DNA of 64,000 bases, taken from positions 1 to 64,000 of IMG/VR virus record IMGVR_UViG_3300032116_000108; one strand, given 5' to 3'. This DNA is from a virus. A program made the translations under genes and the position numbers. Below the pieces are notes generated by a model, which ran no database searches, was not told the DNA's origin, and saw nothing but the letters and a program-made list of their open reading frames with translations. Below, piece by piece: positions 16,876 through 27,400 of this stretch; within the stretch, counting starts at the first letter, position 1, and each line of letters begins with the position of its first letter.

Positions 16876-19865
16876 TATCCACAATTAATTTGTACGTCCA
16901 AACCAATATATAATTTGATTTGTTTATTATTGAAATCATCATAACAACTAGAATTACTTATTATAAGATTTCCTCCCGATAAATAGTAATTTAAACCGTC
17001 TTGGTATAATAATTCTAATTTATCGTCGATTGCATTTATTATATCATAATAAGTTAAAGGTAAACCTGTAGTTAAATTTGAGGCATTTTGACCATATCCT
17101 GTATAAAATTTTTCCAATATTAAACTTTGCTCAGTATTTGTCAAAATATCTTTTAATCTTAAATCAACATACCAATCAGACAAGATCGTATTAAAATTAC
17201 ATTGGTTTGTTGTATAACCACTACTTGTTATTAATTGGTTTATTTTATTATTTAATACAGTTGCCGGATTAAAACTCGGTATATTACATGTTGTTGTTTG
17301 ATCAATACAATCATACGTAAATGGCTCTCCATTATATTCACATGGAGGACATATACTTTCAATAAATGAACACCCTCTTTGTCTTCTCCAAACTACTTTT
17401 TGTCTGTGAAATGCCGAATTATCCATTTTTTGTCCCGTCATCCACAACGCTGTTGCAGGAACAAATTGTTCCACAAGTCTAACCCAATAATCACCTAACC
17501 CAAGTGTATAATCTATCATTTTTTGATAAGTGTAATTATTTGTTGGTATATTTACAGTTTGTTGTGATTGAAGATATTTCCAAAAAATAGACTGTAGAGT
17601 TGGATACCCTCCTGTTTTACCATCAGATATTGTTTGTCTATTTCTAACATTAATCATGTTATTATAAAAAGTTTGAGCAAACTCAAAAAATGTTTTTTCT
17701 TTTGGTTTTGGGTTTATAACTGTCCAATCGTTTAAACCTGGTGATGGATAATTACCGGACAACCCACTATTCGGTATAGGGTAATTATATTGTACTGAAG
17801 TATTCCATACATCGTATGTCAATCCTTGTCCCATATTTAAATATAACTCCATGTTTTTACTATTTATAACTAACCTATCATCACTAGTTTCATAAAGTGT
17901 CGATCCAAGACCATTAGTATATTTTCGTCTACCAACCTCATCTTTTCTCCAAGATTTTTTGTTATCAATAGTCCTATATAAATTATATCCAAGTTCCATA
18001 TATGGAAAATTTTCAAACCTATCTAAATATTCTTTTCCATATGTAAATGGAGCCAGTTTAGTCCTAACAATAGATGGTGTTACCGTAAAATTAGATAACT
18101 CAAAATCAACCACTTCCTGAGATCTATGTTGTGGTGTTACTTCAAACCAACCAGATCCTTTTTGGAAATAATAATCTGCAGTAAAAATAGGAACTTCGGG
18201 GTAACCCGTAATTAAATTTATTGGGTAATCTGTTTCATCTATTATGGTACTTTGTATAAACCCGTCAGTAGTAAACGCAGTGTATTTTACACCTCTAATT
18301 TTAAAAGTGTTGTTTGAATCTAAAGAAGGTCTTGTAAAAAACTTAGTACCTCCAGAAATTGTCGCATATTGGGAATCAAAATCTTCAATAGGGATTCTAC
18401 TATCGGCCAAATAAATGTACTCGTTAAATTCTATTAATTGTTCGGGAGCACCAATAAATCTTAAAATATATTCAATTGATTTTCTAGTACCTTTAGATCT
18501 AAAAAGATATGAAGCATTTAAAATTAAATTTCTATAAAACTGGTAGTTTAATTCTTGTGGTGTTTTTTGAACGGCCTGTCCCGAATAAATTTGTTCTTTT
18601 GATGTTGTAAAAATAGAATTCATTAAATCATCGTTAGTTATTGGTGTTGTTTTAGTATCAAACCCTAAAGTGTTTGCTAAATTCACTAACAACTGTGAGG
18701 GTATATCGTTACTCACTTTATAATTAACCGATGTCATATACGCTAAAGAATCAATAAACTTTTTTGTTTCATCAAAACTTCTTCCGTATAACTGTAATAC
18801 TTTTTCTACTTTTTGATCGTTAGTATCAAATTCTTTTATAGATCCTGAAGTTAAAAATCTACTTATTAAATTGGTTCTGTAGCTATCAATATTTTCCGTT
18901 ATATTACTTAAATCTTGTAAGTATGTCTCAAAATTATTGCTGAATATATCTAAATTCCAAAGTCCGTCTAACCCCCATGATAATTTTTGTGAATACATAG
19001 TTAACTCTCCGTTATCATCATATTCAGGATATTCGTAAACAGAAGTATATAATGGAAAACTTTGTCTATTAAGAATATATTTTTCAACATAATCAAAATT
19101 TGTATTAAATATTTCTTCTGTTTTTTCATCATTTGGTTTTATGATTAAAGTATCCGTTGTTGCGGTTTGTGAAGAAAAGGGGTTACCTTCAACAATAAAA
19201 CTTAAAGTTCCCGCACTTATAAATGTCGATGGTGTAAAATCAAGTACCTTATATTGTGTGTTTAAATTTGAAACGTATAAAGAGAATTTTGTATAATTTA
19301 CTTTAAGATTTCTATATTCACTAACTTTTATTGGTCTTGTTGCTAGATTCGATGTTGCGTTTATAGAGTAATCAATATCGAATGGGTTTTTTATTAATGA
19401 AATGTTTATATCAAAACTAGTTTCATTTTCAATACTATCGTATTGTATATTAAAAGCGGTGTTTCCCGTAAACTGTGAAAAATTTTTAAAATCTACTTGT
19501 AATGCTGCGGGAAAATTACTTATAATTTTTGTAATAGATGAAGAAATTCTTTTACTAAAAGACCCATATAGTGAAAAACTAGTTACTTGTGATAAATCAA
19601 AGTTTGGTACTACTTGAAAGTTCTTTTCAACAAGTAATTTGCTTTGCTCTATATTATCAATTTTTAATGTTTCAAGGGTGTATGGTTGTGAAAAAACCCC
19701 AAGAGAAAAACTTCTATTTACTTTTTCAAAAGATGATGTTGTAAATTGAAAATTACCTTGGGTTAATCCTCCGCCATCCACGACTTGAAATCCGACTAAA
19801 TTGTCGGAAAAAGTTGCAGAACCTGTGGCTGCAATTGGTGGACATAAAAATTTAGTTTTAGCCAT
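16875..19865 (-). CDS. baseplate wedge-like structural protein
   Basis: LVNLANTLG...FYRNLILNASYLFRSKGTRKSIEYILRFIG resembles the P2 gpI/T4 gp7-type wedge motif; baseplate context. Confidence 0.6.
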   Translation of the reverse strand: MAKTKFLCPPIAATGSATFSDNLVGFQVVDGGGLTQGNFQFTTSSFEKVNRSFSLGVFSQPYTLETLKIDNIEQSKLLVEKNFQVVPNFDLSQVTSFSLYGSFSKRISSSITKIISNFPAALQVDFKNFSQFTGNTAFNIQYDSIENETSFDINISLIKNPFDIDYSINATSNLATRPIKVSEYRNLKVNYTKFSLYVSNLNTQYKVLDFTPSTFISAGTLSFIVEGNPFSSQTATTDTLIIKPNDEKTEEIFNTNFDYVEKYILNRQSFPLYTSVYEYPEYDDNGELTMYSQKLSWGLDGLWNLDIFSNNFETYLQDLSNITENIDSYRTNLISRFLTSGSIKEFDTNDQKVEKVLQLYGRSFDETKKFIDSLAYMTSVNYKVSNDIPSQLLVNLANTLGFDTKTTPITNDDLMNSIFTTSKEQIYSGQAVQKTPQELNYQFYRNLILNASYLFRSKGTRKSIEYILRFIGAPEQLIEFNEYIYLADSRIPIEDFDSQYATISGGTKFFTRPSLDSNNTFKIRGVKYTAFTTDGFIQSTIIDETDYPINLITGYPEVPIFTADYYFQKGSGWFEVTPQHRSQEVVDFELSNFTVTPSIVRTKLAPFTYGKEYLDRFENFPYMELGYNLYRTIDNKKSWRKDEVGRRKYTNGLGSTLYETSDDRLVINSKNMELYLNMGQGLTYDVWNTSVQYNYPIPNSGLSGNYPSPGLNDWTVINPKPKEKTFFEFAQTFYNNMINVRNRQTISDGKTGGYPTLQSIFWKYLQSQQTVNIPTNNYTYQKMIDYTLGLGDYWVRLVEQFVPATALWMTGQKMDNSAFHRQKVVWRRQRGCSFIESICPPCEYNGEPFTYDCIDQTTTCNIPSFNPATVLNNKINQLITSSGYTTNQCNFNTILSDWYVDLRLKDILTNTEQSLILEKFYTGYGQNASNLTTGLPLTYYDIINAIDDKLELLYQDGLNYYLSGGNLIISNSSCYDDFNNKQIKLYIGLDVQINCG

Positions 19866-20773
19866 TAAGTAATTATATTTGTAAAGTTTTTAGTAAAATC
19901 AATATTACTACCTCTATCTTGTCTAACTTCGTATAGTAATTCGTTGAAATTATCCCTAACTTCAAATAAGTTATATTGTTTATATATGTTTCCTGCCCTA
20001 TCATATAAAGTATAAATCCCGTCATCGATACTTTTAGTTTGATTACCATAAAGAGCAATACCTAAAGTATCTAAGTCATACTCTCCTATTTCTATATCTA
20101 CAGATATTGGATTGAAAAAAGTATTTGTTATAATAATATTTTGATTGGGTTGTCCTATAAATGGGGTTGCGTTTGGTTTATTTGTAGGTGAAGATGATGG
20201 TGATAACGTACAAAATATTAAATTACTACCCGTTTCAACATATCTATATCTTAAAGTTTTTTGAGAACTATTAACCTGATCTGTTAGTGTCGGTTCACAA
20301 AAAAATGAAGATGTTATAATTCTAAAAAAGTTAGGAATTTTACTTCCGTCATTATTCAAATATTCTACTCTGTAACCAACAAGTCCTTGATTAACGAATT
20401 TGTTTCTAAAATTTTGAGGTACATTACTTATATCCACTATAATCCCTTTAACGTTTGGTAAGGCGGATAGAGTACCACAATCGCTAATTCTCGTTCTTAT
20501 TTGTGCAGGTCTTAAATAAACCGTGTAAACACCTATCGCGTTAAACTCTTCTGCTGGTAGTTTTAAATTATATAAACCACCTAACACTTCAATATTAGTA
20601 TTACCACCTGTGTTTCCATTATGGAAATAAGGTGTTAAAATTTGTGTTGAGTTTAATTTTTTAAGCGTAAAGTTTGCTGTAACATCTCTAGACGGAGTAT
20701 AATGTAAAATTATCTCTACGTCTGCTGGTGAAACGTCTGCGGGTCTTATTGTACCATATGAACCAAGTGCCAT
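19865..20773 (-). CDS. virion structural protein, function unknown
   Basis: Late-type motif at 20786-20793; within the structural operon. Confidence 0.5.
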   Translation of the reverse strand: MALGSYGTIRPADVSPADVEIILHYTPSRDVTANFTLKKLNSTQILTPYFHNGNTGGNTNIEVLGGLYNLKLPAEEFNAIGVYTVYLRPAQIRTRISDCGTLSALPNVKGIIVDISNVPQNFRNKFVNQGLVGYRVEYLNNDGSKIPNFFRIITSSFFCEPTLTDQVNSSQKTLRYRYVETGSNLIFCTLSPSSSPTNKPNATPFIGQPNQNIIITNTFFNPISVDIEIGEYDLDTLGIALYGNQTKSIDDGIYTLYDRAGNIYKQYNLFEVRDNFNELLYEVRQDRGSNIDFTKNFTNIIT

Positions 20774-20809
20774 ATTTTTTTTATTTATAAATAGTTTATG
20801 TCCCTTTTT

Positions 20810-21892
20810 TTAGGTGGTGTTAATTTTAAAAAAACCATAACCATACCTTTGTAAATCCCCTACATTATCCACCTCACCAAGTCTTTGTGTGTATTCAAAA
20901 GGAGAGTATTTACCTCTTTCTACAAAAACGTCTGTCTGAACTTCAGGCGCCATAACAAAATCTAAAAGTAATTCGTCTTTTGTTAATCCAGATGATGCTA
21001 AATCATTAATAGTAAACCCTGATGACTCAAAAGAAAAGAAAGTCGTCCCACTAAAATAATCTATATAGTGTATTCCATCGATAGTGTATGCTATATAATC
21101 AGCCTCAATTTCATCAACAACACCAATACTATTATCACTTATTTGTACAAAAAAACCAGGAATGTATTCTTGTGGTCCCCATAACCTAAGAAGTCTCAAC
21201 TTAGATTTTGTCTTACCTACAATATTAAAAGGTACTTGTGTGTAGTTACTTGATACATGATATTGAGCATCATTAACAGAATCACCTGTAAAAATGTAGT
21301 TATATGAAATTGGTATCCCTGACCAAGACCCACCTTGTTGTGTAAAAAAAACTTCACCTAATTGGTTATCTATGGTTACTCCCGTAAATGGTAAAAAGAC
21401 TGGTTTTTGAATAGTTGTTAACCCAAAAGGATTTAATTGTGATAATGTAATAATATAATTACCTGGTGAGTTTTGATACGTGTGTGATTGTTGCCCATTA
21501 CTTGTAGATAATTGCCCTGATACGGATCCGTCTCCCCAATCTATTGTGTAATTAGCTAACTGCAAGTAACTGTTGAACACAAAAGAACTTGAATTATAAA
21601 CGGTTACAGTATACGGGTTTTGACTATTACCTGAAATGACAAAATTTCCAACAATATCTTTTTGATCAATAAAACCACTAAACTCAGAATAATAACCAAT
21701 ATCATTATATGACTGATTTAAAATAATAGGTATAGTTAAACCAGTTAAATATGAATTACCATTAGTTCCTCCACTAACTATTTCAGTCATAGATGAATAA
21801 ACCCCAAAATCTACTCCATTATATGTTTCTTCAAAAATATCAGTTTTAAGAAACTCAGGACTAATTCTATATTTTAAAAAACTATTAGACAT
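20810..21892 (-). CDS. structural protein with a PKD-like domain
   Basis: YTIDWGDGS...SHTYQNSPGNYIITL is a PKD signature. Confidence 0.6.
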   Translation of the reverse strand: MSNSFLKYRISPEFLKTDIFEETYNGVDFGVYSSMTEIVSGGTNGNSYLTGLTIPIILNQSYNDIGYYSEFSGFIDQKDIVGNFVISGNSQNPYTVTVYNSSSFVFNSYLQLANYTIDWGDGSVSGQLSTSNGQQSHTYQNSPGNYIITLSQLNPFGLTTIQKPVFLPFTGVTIDNQLGEVFFTQQGGSWSGIPISYNYIFTGDSVNDAQYHVSSNYTQVPFNIVGKTKSKLRLLRLWGPQEYIPGFFVQISDNSIGVVDEIEADYIAYTIDGIHYIDYFSGTTFFSFESSGFTINDLASSGLTKDELLLDFVMAPEVQTDVFVERGKYSPFEYTQRLGEVDNVGDLQRYGYGFFKINTT

Positions 21893-22785
21893 TATGGGTT
21901 AACGTATTCATACCATTTTATGGGTTCGTTAGTAGTTCCAACCCTTATTGTTGTGTTATTGTTTTCTTGAAAAACAACGTACTCATTTGTGTCGTAATCC
22001 AATTTATATTTCAAATAGAAATATATTTCTTGTTCCAAGTTTAACATGTTTATCCCTGAAAAATCGGACTGTGGTTTATTTATCATTCTTATAAATTCAC
22101 CTTTTTTTGCGTTAAAGAATTTTACTGAACAATATATTTCATTTGTAAGTAAGTAATCTTTATTTTTTAACCAGTATAAAAAATAACCCTCCTTATCTTT
22201 TCCTATTGAATCTAAAATAAATTTTGGTTTTTTTACTTCAACATTTGTTTGATTAGCCACGGGACCTATTGTGCCCGGTTCTTTAAGTCCTTGTTGTGTT
22301 GGTATAATAACGGTAAATAATAACAATTGATTTTGTGAATTATTTGTATCATAAAAATCTAATTTAAAAAAACTACCCTTAAATGAATTAGCAAAATAAT
22401 ATATTTCGGCATCTGTAAAACTGGCATTTTCATAATCTGTTGCCCAATTGTTAATAGTAGAAGCAGTGACATTTGTTAAAAAATCAAAAAAGTAAAACTC
22501 ATAATTTATAGAAGTTTCTATATTTGGTACGGTTACCGGTAATGTTACTTGTACACCTGATGGTAAAGTTGTTGTTATAACACTACTAATTAATTGGGTA
22601 TAAGCCGAATGTGAAAACTTAGTAGTGTCTAAATCAACTATGGGATTAATTAACTTATTTTTTATTTCTGTTTCATATTTTTGTATGGCATTATCTCTAC
22701 CCTCAAAATCGAAATTCATATCAATAGGGATATTAATATATTTACTATTACTTGATATTGAAAATCTATAATTACTCACACCCAT
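21892..22785 (-). CDS. structural protein, function unknown
   Basis: Translationally coupled to its neighbours in the baseplate operon. Confidence 0.5.
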   Translation of the reverse strand: MGVSNYRFSISSNSKYINIPIDMNFDFEGRDNAIQKYETEIKNKLINPIVDLDTTKFSHSAYTQLISSVITTTLPSGVQVTLPVTVPNIETSINYEFYFFDFLTNVTASTINNWATDYENASFTDAEIYYFANSFKGSFFKLDFYDTNNSQNQLLLFTVIIPTQQGLKEPGTIGPVANQTNVEVKKPKFILDSIGKDKEGYFLYWLKNKDYLLTNEIYCSVKFFNAKKGEFIRMINKPQSDFSGINMLNLEQEIYFYLKYKLDYDTNEYVVFQENNNTTIRVGTTNEPIKWYEYVNP

Positions 22786-24481
22786 CTACTTCTATTGGAT
22801 TTATTAGTATTGTATCAATTGTTTCAGTGTTTCTAAATACAGGGTGATGTAAAAATACTATATTTTTATATGGATAATGTGCCCCATTTACAAACGGTAC
22901 ATTCAATCCGTTTCCATCATTATCAATAAACCCATAATCATAGATATCTCTCCATATGAATTTCTCAAAATAGTTAGAGTAATAAGCATAAAATGGAGCG
23001 TTGTCAATCTCATCTATACCTGATCTTTCTTGGTAATCACTAAAAACCCTTACAGGTACACTATAATGTGGTTTATATAAGTAACCTGAAGGATATTGTG
23101 GGGCATTTATTGTTTGGTCATCTAAAAAAATATTAGGATTATAAGAGTATTTGTGATATATAGGTGAAAGTATTTTTTCTATTTGTTCAATATTATTATA
23201 TTCGCAAAAATCACCTTTTATCACATCCCCATCATTTAAAAGTTTGTTATAGTAAAATGTTTGGTTGGACCTATTATATGAATCAACAAAAATGTTATCT
23301 TTATTATCTGTTGAGTTATGATTCCACCAATTATCATAAGAGTCTTTTGAAAAGTTAAACTCCCATCCAACATCAATTGCCCTTGTTCCGTTACCGCTAG
23401 GTTGGTTAAACCAACCCATATATCCTCTATTAACTATAGTAATAAACAATTCAGTAATTGGCCTACCATTACAATCGAGTAAATTCTCAATATCTATGTC
23501 CGAATTTACAGAAAACCCATAAGTTTGAGACCCGTCTTTTACTGAAATTCTTTGAACACTATTTGGTGTTAGACCTGAAAATTCTAATTTTTTCTTTATT
23601 GGAAATGGGTTATTTTCATACCCACTATTAACTAAAAAAATGTCTTTTGGTGTTTTTAAAATCTTATGAAGTCTAACATAATAGTTAGATGTTGTTTCTG
23701 CAATATTAGAAATATCTGTCACTCTTTTAAAGTTGCCAACTCTTCCTGATACAATATCACTTGTATTAAATTTTAAATTGTATATTGCAAATACTCTTTT
23801 TTCTGATCTATAAGTTCCGTCACCTAAAGAATATACACTATATAAATCTTTATTGTTAATTGATATATTTAATTTAACGTAATCATTTTCTTTCAAATTG
23901 TGATCGGTGGCACAGTAAAAGAAAACTAATGATTTTCCATCTATGGTTCCTGTATCTATAACAAAAGGTATCCCTTCACTTACTGAAAATGTGTTATTTA
24001 CACCAAACTTTTCACTATAATATGTCATAGTTTGAGCGGTAGTACTACTATACGCATAACTAGTATAAACACCCCAATTATATGTTGTTGCACTTTTAGA
24101 AACAAAATCAATATGTGAAGTAACTGCTAAATTTCTTATAAAAGAAAACTCATCATATTGAGGATATCCTTTCCATACATTAGTATTTACTGAATTTGCT
24201 GGATCTAAATAATATAAATTATTTTTAAACGGCGCATAATTAGTTTTTCCTGAAATTGAGTTATCAAATATGTTTATAATTTTACCACTTATTCTAAATA
24301 TAGATGAGTTTTGTCTTTCAAAATCAAAAATTTGTGGTAAATCTACAAGTGTACTTCTATCTCCTTGGACATAGTTTCTGTAATTACTTTGTAGGTTTAA
24401 AGGTATTTGTTGTGGAGTTATTGTACTACCGGCAAATCTTTTATTACCTAAAATGTATGATATTTTTTTTTCTCCACTCAT
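22772..24481 (-). CDS. structural protein, function unknown
   Basis: Coupled ORF in the baseplate operon. Confidence 0.5.
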   Translation of the reverse strand: MSGEKKISYILGNKRFAGSTITPQQIPLNLQSNYRNYVQGDRSTLVDLPQIFDFERQNSSIFRISGKIINIFDNSISGKTNYAPFKNNLYYLDPANSVNTNVWKGYPQYDEFSFIRNLAVTSHIDFVSKSATTYNWGVYTSYAYSSTTAQTMTYYSEKFGVNNTFSVSEGIPFVIDTGTIDGKSLVFFYCATDHNLKENDYVKLNISINNKDLYSVYSLGDGTYRSEKRVFAIYNLKFNTSDIVSGRVGNFKRVTDISNIAETTSNYYVRLHKILKTPKDIFLVNSGYENNPFPIKKKLEFSGLTPNSVQRISVKDGSQTYGFSVNSDIDIENLLDCNGRPITELFITIVNRGYMGWFNQPSGNGTRAIDVGWEFNFSKDSYDNWWNHNSTDNKDNIFVDSYNRSNQTFYYNKLLNDGDVIKGDFCEYNNIEQIEKILSPIYHKYSYNPNIFLDDQTINAPQYPSGYLYKPHYSVPVRVFSDYQERSGIDEIDNAPFYAYYSNYFEKFIWRDIYDYGFIDNDGNGLNVPFVNGAHYPYKNIVFLHHPVFRNTETIDTILINPIEVDGCE

Positions 24482-27400
24482 TACTCTTGACCTACTATAT
24501 ATTTTGATATGTACCTGTTCATTGCACTTTTTCCTTTATTTAAACCAAAATAAAAATGATAAGGGGCGCCAACAATAAAAGAATCAGTCGCTTGATTTTG
24601 CGAAGGTACCGGTGTTGGTTGTCCGTTATTATCATAGTTTATAATGTATCCGGTATTATTACCGTTAGTTGCTTGAAAATATGGTATCCCGTTAAATGAC
24701 ATTGTTTGGTAATTTACCGAATATAAATTATTAGTTGTTTGTAAATCAGTATTCCAATCATTTAATTCGGATCCAAATATTGTTGGTGCGGGTTGTGGGT
24801 CGCTGGGTGTTGATGCTTGTGGGTCAACTTTTCTCCATTTGTAAAAAGGTACTTCTTGTGTTTTTGGATAAGGTATTAATTGTTGTACATTTCCAAAAGT
24901 ATTAATTCCAGGGGTAAGAAGTATCCTATTTTCAGTATTAGCACTAAAGAAAATTCCAATTAATGCACTTCCTTGAGAATCTAAATATATATCAAAATCA
25001 TCATAAAATTGATCATTAAATGGTACTATACCGTACTCTGAATTTATACTGAATAATTGTGCTAAATCTCCGTCTATTCTATTTTCACTTCTACTAAATA
25101 TAGTATTAATTGAAGCATCTCCAGACCCTATAAGCCTTTGTCCGTTAGTTGAACTAAGTAATCTTGATAAAATAAAAAATAAAAGTATATCTGAAGTTTC
25201 ATTAAATGATGTGGATTTTATAGTTTCTATTAAATAACCTTCAAGTTCAGGATTAAAACATATTTCTTTCGCAAATTGATCTCTAGCCCCTAAATCCATT
25301 ATTGTTGTTGGGAAATGGATATTTCTTTTATTCATTCCTTTAAACTTAGGTTCAGCATCAACCCATGTTATTGTTGTGGTGTCAAAATATTTAGGTTTTT
25401 GACCTATGAAACCATTTGTTATATTATATGGTGTTGCCCTATAGAAATAACCGTTATAGTCTTCGTTGTAGTAAACAGGCCCCTGATCGCTGTAAAAAGT
25501 ATCTTTTGATCCGCAGTGTATTCTTTTTGTTGGGTTTCCTTGTATATCAAATATTGTTTGTTTTTTTATTGGAAACATGTATAGACTTCCGTTGACCCAA
25601 TTATTTTGAAATACGTGACTTATAACTCCTCTACATGCTGCGTATGTGAATCTGAATCTAGCCTTCCATTCGGCAAAAAAATTAATGTCTTTTTTAATAC
25701 TCTCAACTTTAAAAAATGGTTCTTGTACGAAATAATAACAACCACCAATCACTCTTTGTGTTGATAAACTTGTATCTTCATTTGTTAGACATGGGTCTGA
25801 AACAGAAAAAGAGGTTCCTTGTCCAACATAACAATCAAGTGGCTTTAAACCCTCACAGGTTAAAGTATTAAGAATCGCATCATTAACTTGACTTGAGTTA
25901 TCATCAGCAAAATCTTGAAAATTATTAGTAGTATCTGTTTGTTGATTTATTTGGTAAGTAAGACCTTCTAAAATTCCTTGATCTGAAATTCTATATATTG
26001 CAAAATTATCATTTAAGAAAAGTGAATAAGAAGTGTTTCCATTAACTTCTGTCGTAGTCGATGTTGGTAATCTGTCGCTTCTAAATACTAATCTAGTTTT
26101 ATTTGTCATTATAGTGTCTGTCAAATAGTCCATATGATATGCCGGCGAAAATATTCTCACAAATGTTAGGGGATCGACTAAATTAACCCTTTCTCCTGGG
26201 CTTTTTGTTGATGCCAAAAAAGTGGATCCTTCAACAATACCTTGTTTAAAAACAGGTGTACCATTGTTAGGGTCGGTATAGATTGGTCCCACGTTATCTG
26301 GAGGATCTCCTTGTGTCCATTGAACCCCTATGGTATTACTACCTTGTGTCCATTGATAACTAACCAAAGTCTCTCTTCCTAATCCATTTGTAAAGTCCCC
26401 AATATTATATATATCATTAGGAAATGCGACGTGTGAAACTCTAGATTTATCAGTAGAGTTATAATATTTTAATGAATTATTTGTAAATGCGCTCCAAGGT
26501 TGTGTTATGTTAAAATTATTATACGGTCTGTGGTACAAAACAGGGTTTGTATTATTTATAACATCGTGACTTTCAGGCGTGATTCCACCTGTATACCATT
26601 GTGAGTTTGAAATTCCTTGTTCTTGCCATGCCAAATTTGTTGTTGATGGTCCCGTTAATCCTTGTTGCCATTGTGGAAAATTTGGTTGTACGGGTATATT
26701 CAAATAATAGTCTCCTTTTATTTTTAAAGTACTACCTATTAAAGGAGATAAATCATATTCGATTGTTTGTTTTTGTGTGTATGGATCAACCCCTCTAGTT
26801 AATATTAAAATTTCTTTATTATAGAAATTTTCAAAAAAGAATTTTGGGTAAGCATTAAATCCTGAGGCAACATTTCTCCAATAACTTAAAGGATCGGCGT
26901 TTGATATAGTTCCTGTTTCTGATAAACTTCCGTCTGTTCCTATTTTTGCAAAATTTAGTCTTTGGGTATTATTTGCACTATTGAAGCTAAAATTCCCACC
27001 AACATAATAACCTCCATTTGGATCTTCTTTTATTGTATTTACTGATGTTCCCCAATCATTTCCAGCATCGAAAGTGGGATCAATTGATCCGTCTTGATTA
27101 ATTTTTAAAATGTTAGTCCTATCAAGTGCGGCAAAAACACCACCAATCAATATTTGATTATTACTATCAATTTCCACACTTCTTATTTCAGATAGTGCGG
27201 TAAAATCTTGTAAATTCTGTTGTAATTCTGTGAAAATATTAAATAAAGTATCCACAATACCTGTCGGTGTTATCCTTACTAATTTTTGTATATTTGAATC
27301 CCCTCTAAACTTCGTCATTTTACCTCCGACAAGTATATTGTCATTAGCATCTACTTTTACAATTTTTACTTCTCCCACAAACCCATTTGGTTCACCAGGA